DNA of 60,670 bases, filler included, from Porpidia crustulata (lineage: Eukaryota): the NCBI GenBank assembly GCA_964255105.1. It is 6 parts of 6 records of this genome, joined end to end, with 100 filler letters (N's around TTAATTAATTAA, not from the genome) between each part and the next. Parts side by side here need not be neighbours in the genome. Positions count along the whole stretch, not along the records: positions 30,400 to 40,425 come from CAXUWE010000852.1; positions 40,526 to 50,550 come from CAXUWE010000853.1; positions 50,651 to 60,670 come from CAXUWE010000854.1; 3 more parts are not named here. One strand, 5' to 3'. Positions 39,004-51,183 of the stretch are shown piece by piece. The position numbers and the translations under genes are program-made. Below the pieces are notes generated by a model. The model was not told the DNA's origin. It did no database searches and worked only from the letters and a program-made list of their open reading frames with translations. Within the stretch, counting starts at the first letter, position 1. The number at the start of each line of letters is the position of its first letter.

Positions 39004-40425
39004 GGCTAAGGCAAAGGGAATGGTGATGGTGCGCCAAAGCCAACGCAAGATATTGGCAATTATTTGAGCATCATCGAGAGGAAGCGTCGCGATTCGCGTC
39101 TCTGTGAATTCAATCTCTCAGTGGGAGGGCCACTTGTCGCCCATGTGCAGCTTGGACTCCAGGCAGCTTCATGGACACTTTCTAGGCCTCGGTCTTTTTG
39201 AATCGCCGACCCGTTATTTCGACATTTCGTCAGCTCGCAGGAAGATTCCAAGCAATAGAGCGTGTGTTTTTACTGGCTCAATGTACTGAATTCGATCCTC
39301 GCCCGGTCATATGTCTTATGGTGTCTACATTACAATTTCTAGTGAGGTCCTAATAGATGATGCGCATTTGCCGCCGGAGGATCCACCCGAGTTCCGCTGT
39401 ATTTGCTGGCGGAAGGCCCTCCAATGCCCAGCATTTGATCTCTGTTATGTTGAAGATGATGAATGCGAGCAGGCTACAAGAGACACTGAGATCATATCCG
39501 TATACATGCATCAATCAGGACAGCCAAGTCGTTCCCACCCCCTTCCAGCGAGGTTTGGCTCTTGCCCCGCCAGTCGAGCTGTCACACTATAGGAAGCACA
39601 CAGCGTATCAAATTTGCCACGAGTGTCGTAGTGGCCTTTTATACTACAAGGAACCCAAACACCGATTTTCTATTTGAGAGGTTATTGGCGCGAGCTAGGT
39701 TCTGTGACCTGCTATCGAAATCACAAAGGATGCGGGTGCTCTATGTGAGAGAAGAGGGTTTGGAGCTTTGAATGACAATACCGCTGATAGAACAAATGGC
39801 TCGAAGACGCGTACTGCATATATGACCGTGAAACGTGATTCTGTTGACTCGAATGACTATGATTGATGACCAGCGTGTCAAGGACATAGGTATGTCCCTT
39901 TCCCTTGTACGTGAGCTCGTATTCCAAATGGAAGCCTTTGTGAAGTATCGAGTCATGTGATAGTGTTCATAGGGTAAGGTACCTGACATAGGTACAAGTA
40001 CTCATCCAAGCATCGTAAGTCAGTGGATTAATGCATATAAAGCAAGAACAATGGAGGTCGAGTCTGCTCGCAGTATGCGTGAAAATTCGTAGGATATTGA
40101 GGAAAACCTCTCACACGTCTGTTTTGAATTACACATCTCTGTTGACAACTTGCTGGAGCCAATGCAGCGTGAATAACATGGGCGTAACGTTGTGATGGCG
40201 TAAGTGACAGAGCGAGAGAATGAGAGAGTGACAGAATGGGAAAAGAATTGTTATTGCCCCTGATTATGATGTTGGTGTAAGATTAAGCGAGCAAATGATA
40301 ACAGGCGACAGGCATACTGGTGACTGGCGTGACTGGGTGACTAGCACGACTGGCAGCCTTGTAAGGCTTGGACAGACAGGCAACGTCGATAAATAACTTA
40401 AACAACGCCCGCCCCGTCCATCCCC

Positions 40426-40525
40426 NNNNNNNNNNNNNNNNNNNNNNNNNNNNNNNNNNNNNNNNNNNNTTAATTAATTAANNNNNNNNNNNNNNNNNNN
40501 NNNNNNNNNNNNNNNNNNNNNNNNN
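40426..40525. other. Artificial contig linker N44-TTAATTAATTAA-N44
   Basis: Same 100-bp structure; core at 40470-40481. Confidence 0.98.
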
Positions 40526-41269
40526 GGGATATACAGTGAGCCAGATTACGACGTGTGAGTCTGCGGGAAAACCGGTACAGCCGGCGTATTGTTCGTCGCC
40601 GAAGGATTTGACCATAATGGGATTGTCGAGGGTTCCTGGTTTCGAGGGCGATGTTAGCGGTGCTCGTGTATAAATCGTGTGTGACGATTTCCCATTCCCC
40701 AGTATCAACGTCCATAAAGTCTTCCTTTCTCTTCAAGTAATCCGGGTCTCCAAAACCTGACCAAGAGACCCAATGACCAGCACCAACACGGCCCAAACTT
40801 CTGCCAGAAGAGAGGAATCCCCGTACCCAACCGACTAGCATCCAAAGGCTTCATATCAAACACATCAATCCCCTGCATCTTCCCCAATATCTCAAACCGT
40901 TCTAACCCGGTTGACTGTTCCAGATCCGAAGGTATGGTTCCCGGTGCGCCTCCGGGGGGAAGCAGATCCTCCATCGACCTGACCTCTGCATTCCAACATT
41001 AATGAGCAATTGACCCATAGAACAAACAACTCTTCAGACAAGGCTTGGATCCGAACCTTCGAATGGTACCATCTTGCTTTCTAGCTCCTTTGGCGGCTTG
41101 GATATATCGGATCCGCCTGCCGAGCCTGTTCGCGTGTTTTAGCTAGGTGTACATCCTTGGTCGTTTGGGGAGGCGTACGGCGGATGGTGGAAGACGTGAT
41201 ACCGCGGGAAGCGAGAGGAACAATGGTAGCGCGCCGCGAAAGCGCAATTGCGGAGCGGCGGAGAAGCAT
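40526..41269 (-). CDS. COX4: Cytochrome c oxidase subunit IV (Vb family), 3' truncated by the contig end
   Basis: Arg/Ser-rich mitochondrial presequence; PGTIPSDLEQSTGLERFEILGKMQGIDVFDMKPL; QYAGCTGFPADSHVVIWLT. An alternative ATG lies at 41275. Confidence 0.9.
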
Positions 41270-41391
41270 GGTCATGATCAAAGGAATCCCATACACGGTG
41301 GATTGCTGGGGTTGCAACGAGGTGAACGAGGTTGGCTTGGCGCAAAAGGGCGCTAGACTGCAGTTAGCGTGGTAGCTTTAAACTGGTCATG

Positions 41392-41404
41392 TAACCCTAA
41401 CCCT
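41392..41404 (+). promoter_or_regulatory. Telomere-like box TAACCCTAACCCT about 125 bp upstream of the COX4 ATG
   Basis: 13 bp in perfect CCCTAA phase; a regulatory role is inferred only. Confidence 0.35.
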
Positions 41405-41945
41405 TGGCCGTACTGGCAGTAGATACGAGTAGGGCAATTTCCTGTCGCTTAGGTACAAGACGACAGTAAGGCGATCAGTAGTAAGCATCAACCTCGGTCA
41501 TAAATCATGTGTAATAAAGGATACGCATAGACAGCATAAGGATGTGATGTCTCATTATGCTAAACTACCTCAATCTGCAGTATATAGTTGACAAGACTGC
41601 TTCCTCACTAACAGTCCGTTCCGTCCCAAACTGTGCTCCATCTTCTTCCAACTTCTTCTCTCCAGCAATCTCATCTCCCCAGGATAGGCCAAGTACAAAG
41701 TACAAGTATCCTTTTTTGCCACATGGAGAAATGCTAGGTATCAATTGCCCAGATCTCCAATTGTCGCCCACTCCAGCCTTGCCGCGGCACTTATGCCTTG
41801 TGTTAAGGCCTGACCTTGAAGGTGCCTGCGGTTTGGCTAAAGTGGTCATCTCAGACCAGCCAAGATGGTTTGCATTAGAATAATAGTGCTCTCATAAGAA
41901 AATGTCCTTCACTGTAAAAGAAAAGTCCCCTCTTCATTAATTCAC

Positions 41946-42825
41946 TCATCGTCTCCTGGTCTCCACGCGCTGACGTGGTCGGGCTTCCTGGTATCTTGGT
42001 CGTACCACCTCCTCTTCCTCATCGGAACTCTCTTCGTCACTACTCGAGCAAGCGGACGAGCTATCGTCACTATAGCCACATCGACTACCTCCGCAGTCAA
42101 GCTTGACTCTGTCACCTTTTCTTGTGAGACCGTAACGATTGCATCGGCAGCCACCGGCGCTGGATGGGTCACTGAGAGACGATAGCGAACTAGGCGAGCT
42201 TCGGTCTGAACTCCGACTGGATAGACTGGAGGAGCCGACAGACGATGCGGGACTGATATTGCGGAGTTTGTAGAGTGAAGCTTGTTCAAGTTGTGAAGTC
42301 AAATCGTCAACACCTGGTGAGGTGCTGTAGTCGGCCTCACGAACACGCCGAGATGCGTAAGGTTTCGAGGGTTTGGGGTGGATAATCTTACTAGGCGACA
42401 GAGAACGGCCTTTCGGAATTTCCATTGATTGACGAGATTCTCGCTTGCCGTGGCTGGGCGCTACTGAAGAACGACTGGCTGGAACATCAAGGATATTGAG
42501 GGAGCGGCCGGTCGTTGGCTCCTTGGTAGTTGGTTTGGCTGGGTCGTGTGAGACGTGATAGCCATCCATCATATACTGAGGTCGAATTAGCATAAATGAT
42601 TAATAACAAAGACGAAGTAGGTTTCGTGCTTACGTAGTACCAGTATCGTTGACCAGGTTGGAGCGTTGAACCAGAGAAGCGGAAGGTACCTTTCCAGGCG
42701 CCAGCTTTTGAAGAATCCTTGGACAGTGGGAGTTGGCCAGAGTAATTATCCCATGAACCGAGGAGATGGGTGGTCTTGACATTAGGAGAAGTGCGGACAG
42801 TGAAAGATATTTGAGTTGCAGCCAT
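41946..42825 (-). CDS. esdC: EsdC-like early sexual development protein with an AMPK-beta-type glycogen-binding domain
   Basis: RTSPNVKTTHLLGSWDNYSGQLPLSKD...WKGTFRF...QRYWYY|YMMDGYHVSHDP, and the Cys-containing tail CRCNRYGLTRKGDRVKLDCGGSRCG. Confidence 0.85.
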
Positions 42826-44118
42826 TATTGTGGTGGTGTAATTAAGTAAGTAAAGTAATATGTATAAGTCTCGTCGATAATGTTGACGTGTGCCGCGAGG
42901 ATGCTGAATAGTGTTATCTCGTAGAAGGTCCTAATGGTATGGTAGGCGTATGGATGACTGCTTGATAGAGGCTACCGGAGCGCTCGTATCTTTCGAGTAA
43001 AGCAGGATCAGGACTTCGAGGAGGTGAAAATAGAAGTGAATAAAGGCAAGAACTCAAAACGCTTCAGTACATAGACTGCTAGCTATTCACAAGTACGAGC
43101 GAGCAAGGGAAGAGCTATCCTTAACTGTCGACCGGCGACAGTAATAGTAATTAAGATTTTTTTAGAAGTACTTTTGGAAATTATGAACAACAGAGCACAG
43201 CTCTTGTTTGAAAAAAGGTTGAAAAAACACACAAAAGTACGAATTACTAAGGATAGCTCAATGAGATTGAAGGACTTGCTGAAGGGAAAGAAAAGGTAAG
43301 AAGGGTGGACAGGTGGGCGCTTCTTATGTGGCAGCTGGGCATTTGGCAGGCTTTCTGCGAGCTCTGTATGGATTGCATCTCGATTGCATGCATTTACGTA
43401 CATCAAGCTGCATATTCCCTGCCAAGTTGCCCTAGCAGTCTGCGGTGTGCAGTCGATTGAGCGAGTTGGGAAGTTCCCAGCGCTTAGAGGGCGATGGATA
43501 GGACGGCGGCTAGAAATAGAAAAGAGTCCTTCGTCGCTCTACTGCGATGTGATAGGGCTTGTCTCGGGAGCACTAGAGCTGAAGCGGGCGTTCTTCAGTC
43601 ACCCATCACCACCTATCACCACCAATCAAAATCACCAGTCGACTCTACCAGATGCCTTGACACACGGACATCGTCAAATAGTTGAGCGTTTACTCGCATT
43701 GGTCCACCTCCATCACAACTTTTAATTACTTATATCATGCCTTCTGATCCAGAGCTATTGAATCTTTGTCACAGCACTAGAACCTCCACCTTGGCCACTT
43801 TAGTAGTACATAGCATACAGAAACGCTACAGCCTACCTACGTGCCTACGAAAAGGCGGAGACAATATCGCAGATGATCCTTTTCCATCCCTGCCCCGACC
43901 CGAGCCTGTCATGCATGCAAGTACCACCCATCACCCGACCCTACGCCGTCGCAATGCTAAGATAGATAGAGACCTTGTTCCAAGATTTGGGAATAGATAG
44001 GAACTTTAATCGAGCCTACCCATCGCCCTCGATGCTGATAGGCCCCAGAAACGGTAGTGGCAGATTAGGAATGACGAACGCTGCTGGACTGGGCTGCAGG
44101 CAGCCTTTGACCGCCAAC

Positions 44119-47100
44119 CTATCGGACGGTGATACCCGATCTCTTAGTGTACATCCGCGCCGCAATGTTCATTGAGGCCAACTCCTGGAAGAGCAATTTG
44201 GCTGCATATGGAATGTGCACTTGCGAGATCCTCGTCTTGTTCTTGCACGGCCGGCATTCGAATGTATTCTTTTTGAGATTCCTGACGTAAAAGTTAGCAG
44301 GGAGCGTTCCTTTAGCTGCGACGTCCCCTGTCAAGACATGGACTTACGCAATAGGAGTCATCAGCCCACAGATATCACAGATGTGCACCCGGAAGGCATC
44401 CGATACCTCGAATAACCGCTCTTTCAAGAAAGCACTGGCGCCATGCGAGATCATGCAGTCACGCTCCATTTCTCCGAAGCGGAGTCCTCCATCTCTGGCT
44501 CGACCTTCCACAGGCTGCCTGGTCAGTATCTGAACCGGCCCTCGTGCTCGGGCGTGGATCTTATCGTCCACCATATGTCGTAGCCGCTGGTAATAAGTAG
44601 GGCCGAGGAATACCTGCGCCACCAGCTTCTTGCCACTATGGCCGTTGTACATGACCTCGAATCCGCGAGACTGATAGCCGTGTTCACGAAGTAGCCTCGA
44701 GACCGAGTCAACCGTAACCTCGGTGAACGGAGTAGCATCACCTTCAAAGCCGCGCAGAGATGAGACCTTACTCAATTGACACTCAATCAAGTGGGCTATT
44801 GTCATGCGGGAAGGAATGGCATGCGGGTTGATGATAAGGTCCGGTACCACCCCTTCACTAGTGAACGGCATATCCTCTTGACGGTATGTGATACCGATAG
44901 TACCTTTCTGACCGTGGCGCGACGCAAACTTATCCCCAATCTGCGGGATTTTGGTGGTTCGCATGCGAACCTTGACAAAACGTAAGCCTTCAGCGTTTGT
45001 GGTCAGAAGGACTTGATCCACGATGCCGTTCTCTGTGCTCCGTAGTGGTGTTGAGACGTCCCGTTTCATGTGGAGCTTCGTCCGAAGACCCAACTCCTCG
45101 GTATCTGGTGGAATGGGTGCCGTCTTTCCTATGATAATATCCTCGCCTGACACGCGGACACCAGGCGCAACGATTCCGTCATCATCCAGTTTCTCATATG
45201 TCCCATGCTTAAGCTTCAAAGTGTCGGTCCGCATTGGCTTCTCAAACTCCTCGACCACGCTCATGCCGATTCTCTTCTCTTGATCGGTATACGCTCGATA
45301 GAAAAGACTTCGGAATAAGCCCCGATCAATGCTGCTCTGGTTCATGATAACAGAATCTTCTTGGTTGTATCCTGAGTAACATGCAATAGCTACTATAGCG
45401 TTCTGTCCGGCAGGAAGCTCGCGGAATTTGAGGAATTCCATCGATCTCGTTGTCGCCAAGGGCTTCTGTGGGTAATAGAGAATGTTTGCCATTGTGTCCA
45501 TACGTTGATCAAAATTAGTTAGGAATACTCCCATGGCTTGTTTACCCATAGCAGATTGATATGTGTTACGAGGAGACTGAAAATGTTAGCAGTAGGCCCG
45601 AGAAATCAAGCACACAGGCATACCTGATTGTGATCCGGGAATGGAATAATGCTTGCGCATATTCCCAAAATCATGCTGGGATGGATCTCACAGTGAGTCC
45701 ACGTGTGGGCTGTTGGATTTAAGGGGGCCTTGACACGTTTGTTAGGATTGTCGGCGGATGGCTCTGGCATAGCAAATCCAGCTTGTATCTGCCTTGAGAT
45801 TTCGAGATCCTCTGGAGTCATGACAATCATGACAGTCTCTTCTTCCTCGGCATCTACATACTCTACCACTCCTTGGTTGACTAGGCCTGACCAGCCCATG
45901 TGCCTCGCTTCCACCTCTGCAGGATCTGTCGATGCTATCAGTTCTCTATCATCCTCAAGCTTCTGAACCATTTCTTTGGTCAGCACAAGGTTGCCACGAT
46001 TGGCCTTCTTTGGATCATTTTCTATCACGAAGAGCGGTCGGCAGACTCTGCCAGCATCGGTGAAGATCTTGAACTCTCGATCTCGAATATCGCGCACTAA
46101 ACTAACTTCATGAGAGATCATGTGACCACGTCGCAGTTGTTGCACTGTATCTACAAGATGAGCTGGGTCTCGATGAACACCGACCCATACACCATTGACG
46201 AAAACCTTAGTCGCATTCGGGGAGCGGAGTGGCTCGTATTCCTCTAGTACTTCCATCTGACGTTGTATCATAAAGTCAACGATAGGTTCGCTTGGCGTTC
46301 CAACAGTAATGTAACACATCAGTGCAAGATTCTTCACGAGCCCACAGGCCTGCCCCTCTGGCGTTTCAGCCGGGCAAACAAGACCCCAATGAGTGTTATG
46401 CAGCTGTCGTGGTTTAGCAATCTTACCATCACGGCCTATTGGTGTGTTGGTGCGTCGGAGATGTGATAAGGTGGAAGCAAAAGTGTAACGATTAAGCACC
46501 TGTGATACGCCTGCTTTAGAAGAGGCAGCCTTCTTCTGATCACCCCAGTTGCCAGTTGCCAGCGAGTACTTTAGACCATTCGTCAATGTGGTGGATTTGA
46601 CACCCAGGGTAAGGTTGAACTCGCGATTACTCTCAACACACTTCTGTAGGTATTTATAGACATCTTTGGTCAATTTATTGAACAGCATCCTGAAAAGACC
46701 AGCCATAAGAGGGCCAGCAAGGTCCAATCGTTTCTTTCCAAAGTGATCTCTGTCGTCCACTTCTCTTCTTCCAAGCGCACACTGTAGCATGCGATGAACC
46801 ATGTAGCCTAAGAAAAATGCCTTTCGTGTCTCACTTCCTTCGACCTGTGATATGTGTGGAAGCAATTCTTTTTGCATTATATCACGAGCATATTTTATAC
46901 GCTTGTCGCGAGTGACGCCTTGAGAGCTTCCACGCTTACCGATAAAATCGAGGGCTACCTCCCGATCCTGAATCACAAAGGCTTCTTCGATGCAAGGCTT
47001 CAGCATTTCCAGCATCTGGGTATCATTGCGATCGTAGCAGATATGGTTCAAGATGTCTTCGTCCGACACGACCCCTAATGCCCTGAAGACAATAGCAATG

Positions 47101-48002
47101 GGAACGTCCCCCTTGATGTATGGTAGATTTGCTTTGATAGTCTGTCCGAACCCGCCTTTTGCTCCCTCACCCTTTGCAAATAATTTGATCGTCATGCTCG
47201 ATATCAGCCTTGAACCTTTCTCGACAGCACTACGGATCTCGGCGATGTATGGAGTTGGGCTTTGGGTCTTCTTAAAGACTTGCACAATGTTGGCTGCACT
47301 CCGCTCTTGCGCGATGAGAACCTTCTCACTGCCATTGATGATGAAGTATCCACCTTGGTCGTAGGGGCATTCGTCCCAGTTGTATAGCTCAGCCTCGGTC
47401 AGATCCTTCAGTATGCAGTACTTAGACTTAAGCATGATCGGGAGCTTCCCAACGAACACCCGAGCCGTCTCTTCAGCGGCCCCAAGACCATCGTCATCCT
47501 CCCAGTGCAAATATGTGCCTCCCTTTGGCTTTCCAGTATCAGGGTCCAGCTCAACAGTCTCGTCCTCACCAGGTTCTATGACGGGTCGTTCTCGCGCTAC
47601 CGTGACCTTCCTTGTCATATCGAGGTACATGGGACTCGAATAGGTGAGGTTACGCAGACGCGCTTCCTGCGGTAACATTGGACCTGTGCTTCCATCTCCT
47701 TCCGTCATCGATGGATGCGACAACAGGACGGTCCCGAATTTGATTTCATATCGCCTGAGAACTATTGGGTCTGACTCGTCCTCTGACGCCGGCGCATTTT
47801 GGTCAAGTGTGAGGAGCGAGTTCTCATCGACGAGCTCTTGCATAGTAGTGGAGACAAACTCGTCAAACGAATCGAGCTGTTGTGATACTAGTCCTTTAGT
47901 GTCAAAGAAGGAGGATATAACCGTCCAACAGTCCTCGGCCGTAATCCCTTCCTCTTCATCATCCAGGTATCCATCATCATAAGGCTCCTCATAGGTTGCC
48001 AT
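44119..48002 (-). CDS. RPB2: RNA polymerase II second-largest subunit
   Basis: [84 protein letters not shown]. Confidence 0.99.
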
Positions 48003-48746
48003 AGCTTTCGTACGGAAACTTGAGATCCAAGAGTTTGCAAGAAGGAGGACTTGACTTGGAGCAAGGGGTTTATTATGGATGTGCCAAGGATCCTCAAGCG
48101 ATCGGCGAGGTCTTTCACTTCCCCCAAATCTCACTGTCGATGAAACATAAATGAATGTGATTAGACCTCTTCAAGTGCCCGAGGAGTCAGTCTAGATACG
48201 GTGCCGTCTGAAGTGGTGGATGCAAGCTGAGGCGAAAGTCTGATGTTTTTTGTGTTATGGTACCAGACTATGAGCCACGCCCGGAGCGCTTCCGCAGCTC
48301 CTGGCTGAGGGAGCGAACCGCATCCGGACTAGTGCAGCTATGGCCCTTTGAGCATCCTTTACTTTGCTTCATCGTAGCACAACAGTCCATCACTATCATA
48401 AGGCCGTGAAAGATCTAGCAAGTATGACTTGAGCTCCTCATACTCAATTCTGCCATGGAGATTTCATTCAATATACCGCCTAGAGGGCAGCTTGGGACTG
48501 CGTGGACTTTCCATACTGGTACCTGCCTAAGTGGGGCGTTGCCGTCTTATCCACCATGCCCTTGGACGTCACATGCTATGACTCTTTGCAGATTCTCAAC
48601 AAAATTCTGTCGTTCTCTCAGCCTTTCTGTGCTCTAGCGATCCACATACCCATACAAAGGCCAGCTCTCATCCTTAAATACATGGAGAAACAAGCGCTGG
48701 TGTAAGAGTTTGAACATCCGGTCAAGCCTCGTCACAGTGCTCCACA

Positions 48747-50550
48747 ATGGGAAAACCAAATAAGGCCCGACGACTGCCCGTACAGCAGCTCCTGGTTCTA
48801 TCAGTGTGTCGTATTGCGGAACCCGTCGCTTTAAGCAGCGTCTTCCCGTATCTTCCGGAGATGATTGAAAGCTTCGGCGTTCCCAAGAACAAGGTCGCCA
48901 GATGGGCTGGAATAACTTCTGCAGTCTTTTCTTTAAGTCAAGCTGTCACTGGTATTGCTTGGGGCCGGGCGTCCGATCGCTTTGGCCGAAAGCCTGTCAT
49001 CTTGGCTGGCATGACTTGCACGATGCTCACCAGTCTTCTGTTTGGGCTTTCGCGTTCCCTTCCTTGGGCAATTGTTGCCAGATCCCTTGCTGGGGCAGGG
49101 AACGGAAATGTTGGCATCATAAGAACAACTGTGGCAGAGATGGTGCCCTGGAAAGAGATGCAACCCAAGGCATTTTCGATCATGCCACTTGTTTGGACAA
49201 TAGGAAGCATATTCGGCCCTGGTTTTGGTGGTGCTTTGGCAAATCCTGCTGCTAGATACCCAGAAGTCTTTGGGAACATCAAGTTCTTCCAGAAATTTCC
49301 ATTTGCGTTGCCCAACCTTGCGGCCAGCTTATTCTTTCTCGTTGGTCTTGCGGCCGGGATTCTATTCCTCAAGGAAACGCTAGAAACTAAAAGATATCAG
49401 CGTGATTACGGTCGAGTGCTTGGAAAGCTCCTTGTCAGATTTTTTGTAAAAGGGCCGAAAAAACCAACATGGCAGCATCGTGAAGAGCAAGCATCCTCCC
49501 TTCTTAGACATTCACGCATCTCCTCAGTATCAACTACGAAGAATGGTATGGATTCTTCGACTGATCATAATAAAACCAAACTTTCCCCTCCGACATATCG
49601 AGAGGTGCGCATGAATCTGCTATACTGTTTCCAACACTTCCCACCGCTGTTTTGGTCATCACTATTGCCAATGTCCTAAGGCTCATACATCCTTAGGTCT
49701 TTTCCCGCCAATCAAACATCAATCTCCTTACTTACAGCCTCCTTGCCCTCCATTCCGTAGCTTTCGACCAACTCCTTCCAATCTTCATGCATTATCCCAG
49801 ACAGGCAAATCGTACATCTAACCCCGACGTCCATCTCCCGTTCAAGTTCACAGGCGGGTTTGGAATTGATGCTGACCGCATCGGTCTTCTCTTCACATTC
49901 TACGGTATCTGCGGCATGATTATCCAATTCGCCGCATTTCCTCCCTTGGCAAGGCACTACGGTGTGCTCAACTGTCTTCGTGTTTGCACTTTGACTTTCC
50001 CTATCGTCTACCTCGCCACGCCCTTCACTGCTCTTCTCCCAACACCCGCAGCACAGCAGACTGGAATGTTCTTAGTGATGCTCGTCAAGTGCTGGGCCGC
50101 CATCTTCGCTTTCCCATGTACCACCATCCTCCTCACCAACAGCGCCGTCAGTCTTCGGATTCTGGGCACACTGAACGGAGTTGCCACCAGCTTGAGCGCC
50201 ATAGGAAGAGCAACCGGACCCGCCGTTGGTGGATGGACGTTCAGCGTCGGTCTAGACAAGGGCTACGTGATTATGCCGTGGTGGACTCTAGCTGCCTTTG
50301 CACTATTAGGCGCCATACCCGTCTGGTGGCTCGTCGAAATGGACGGCTTCGGCGGCGCCAGCGATTCCGACGACGACGAAGAAGACTCGGCTGCTTCACC
50401 TCTTTCGAACGCCGAACAGGACCGCGAGCTATCTTCCGCCATCCCCATCGGCGGCGGTGCAAGAAGTCCTCCGTCCGAAGACGAGGGCACCGTATCTCCG
50501 CTCACACTTTCCAAGACCCTGAGTAACAACGGCAGCGGAGGCGCGAGGAT
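48747..50550 (+). CDS. MFS transporter (DHA1/TetA-like), extreme 3' end cut by the contig end
   Basis: Motif A WGRASDRFGRKPV, ARSLAGAGNGNVG, GPGFGG and multiple hydrophobic segments; one intron at about 49605-49696. Confidence 0.9.
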
Positions 50551-50650
50551 NNNNNNNNNNNNNNNNNNNNNNNNNNNNNNNNNNNNNNNNNNNNTTAATT
50601 AATTAANNNNNNNNNNNNNNNNNNNNNNNNNNNNNNNNNNNNNNNNNNNN
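50551..50650. other. Artificial contig linker N44-TTAATTAATTAA-N44
   Basis: Same 100-bp structure; core at 50595-50606. Confidence 0.98.
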
Positions 50651-50757
50651 GTAGAGGGGCGGACGAGAGAGGAGGGGAAGTCGGAAGGGTCCATTTCGGA
50701 GGGGTCAGAGTCGGGATCGGAGTCGGAGACTTCTTCGATGCGGGCGTGTTGGGACAT
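50651..50757 (-). CDS. SEC65: 5' fragment of a probable signal recognition particle subunit Sec65/SRP19
   Basis: Hand translation MSQHARIEEVSDSDPDSDPSEMDPSDF resembles the fungal Sec65 N-terminus. Only about 35 codons are visible, and it is absent from the ORF track. Confidence 0.6.
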
Positions 50758-51183
50758 GTTTCTGGACAGGCTATGAGGTTGTCGGGATTCCTAGGTTTTG
50801 AAGGGCATGAGGCTCGAAGAAGTCGCGGAGTTTAGCGAGAATTGATAGGGCTGGATTTGGCGATTTGGGGCTATCCTTGAACACGATGGCAGATAAAGAT
50901 TCGCCGACTTGGCTATGCTGACCTCAAGAGGTACTCGATGGATTACAACAGGCAGAGGCTTTCCCATAGTAATACGATTCATAGCAGACAAGTCACCCTG
51001 ACCCAAAAGTTCACCAACTAGCAATTGCAATTAAGGATTGGGATCTCCAAAAACCTAGCACGAGACAAGCCATTCTTTTCTTGCCATCTTCATACGCCTC
51101 CAACGCCTCGCTAAAAGAAAATAGATGCAGCCGCAAAGTATCGTGCGATGCACCAATCAGAACACAAGCTGTGGTAGCCATGA

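Noticed and set aside
40314..40354. Degenerate GACTGG repeats; also (GGACAG)n near 10940, (GAAACA)n near 60115 and (TGCCTC/TGCCAC)n near 60500
   Set aside because: These are short ordinary microsatellites with no spacer structure.
44523..47982. Many antisense and alternate-frame ORFs over RPB2 (likewise over GH125, the kinases, MFS and YSH1)
   Set aside because: These are shadow ORFs from the codon bias of real genes, with no independent motifs.
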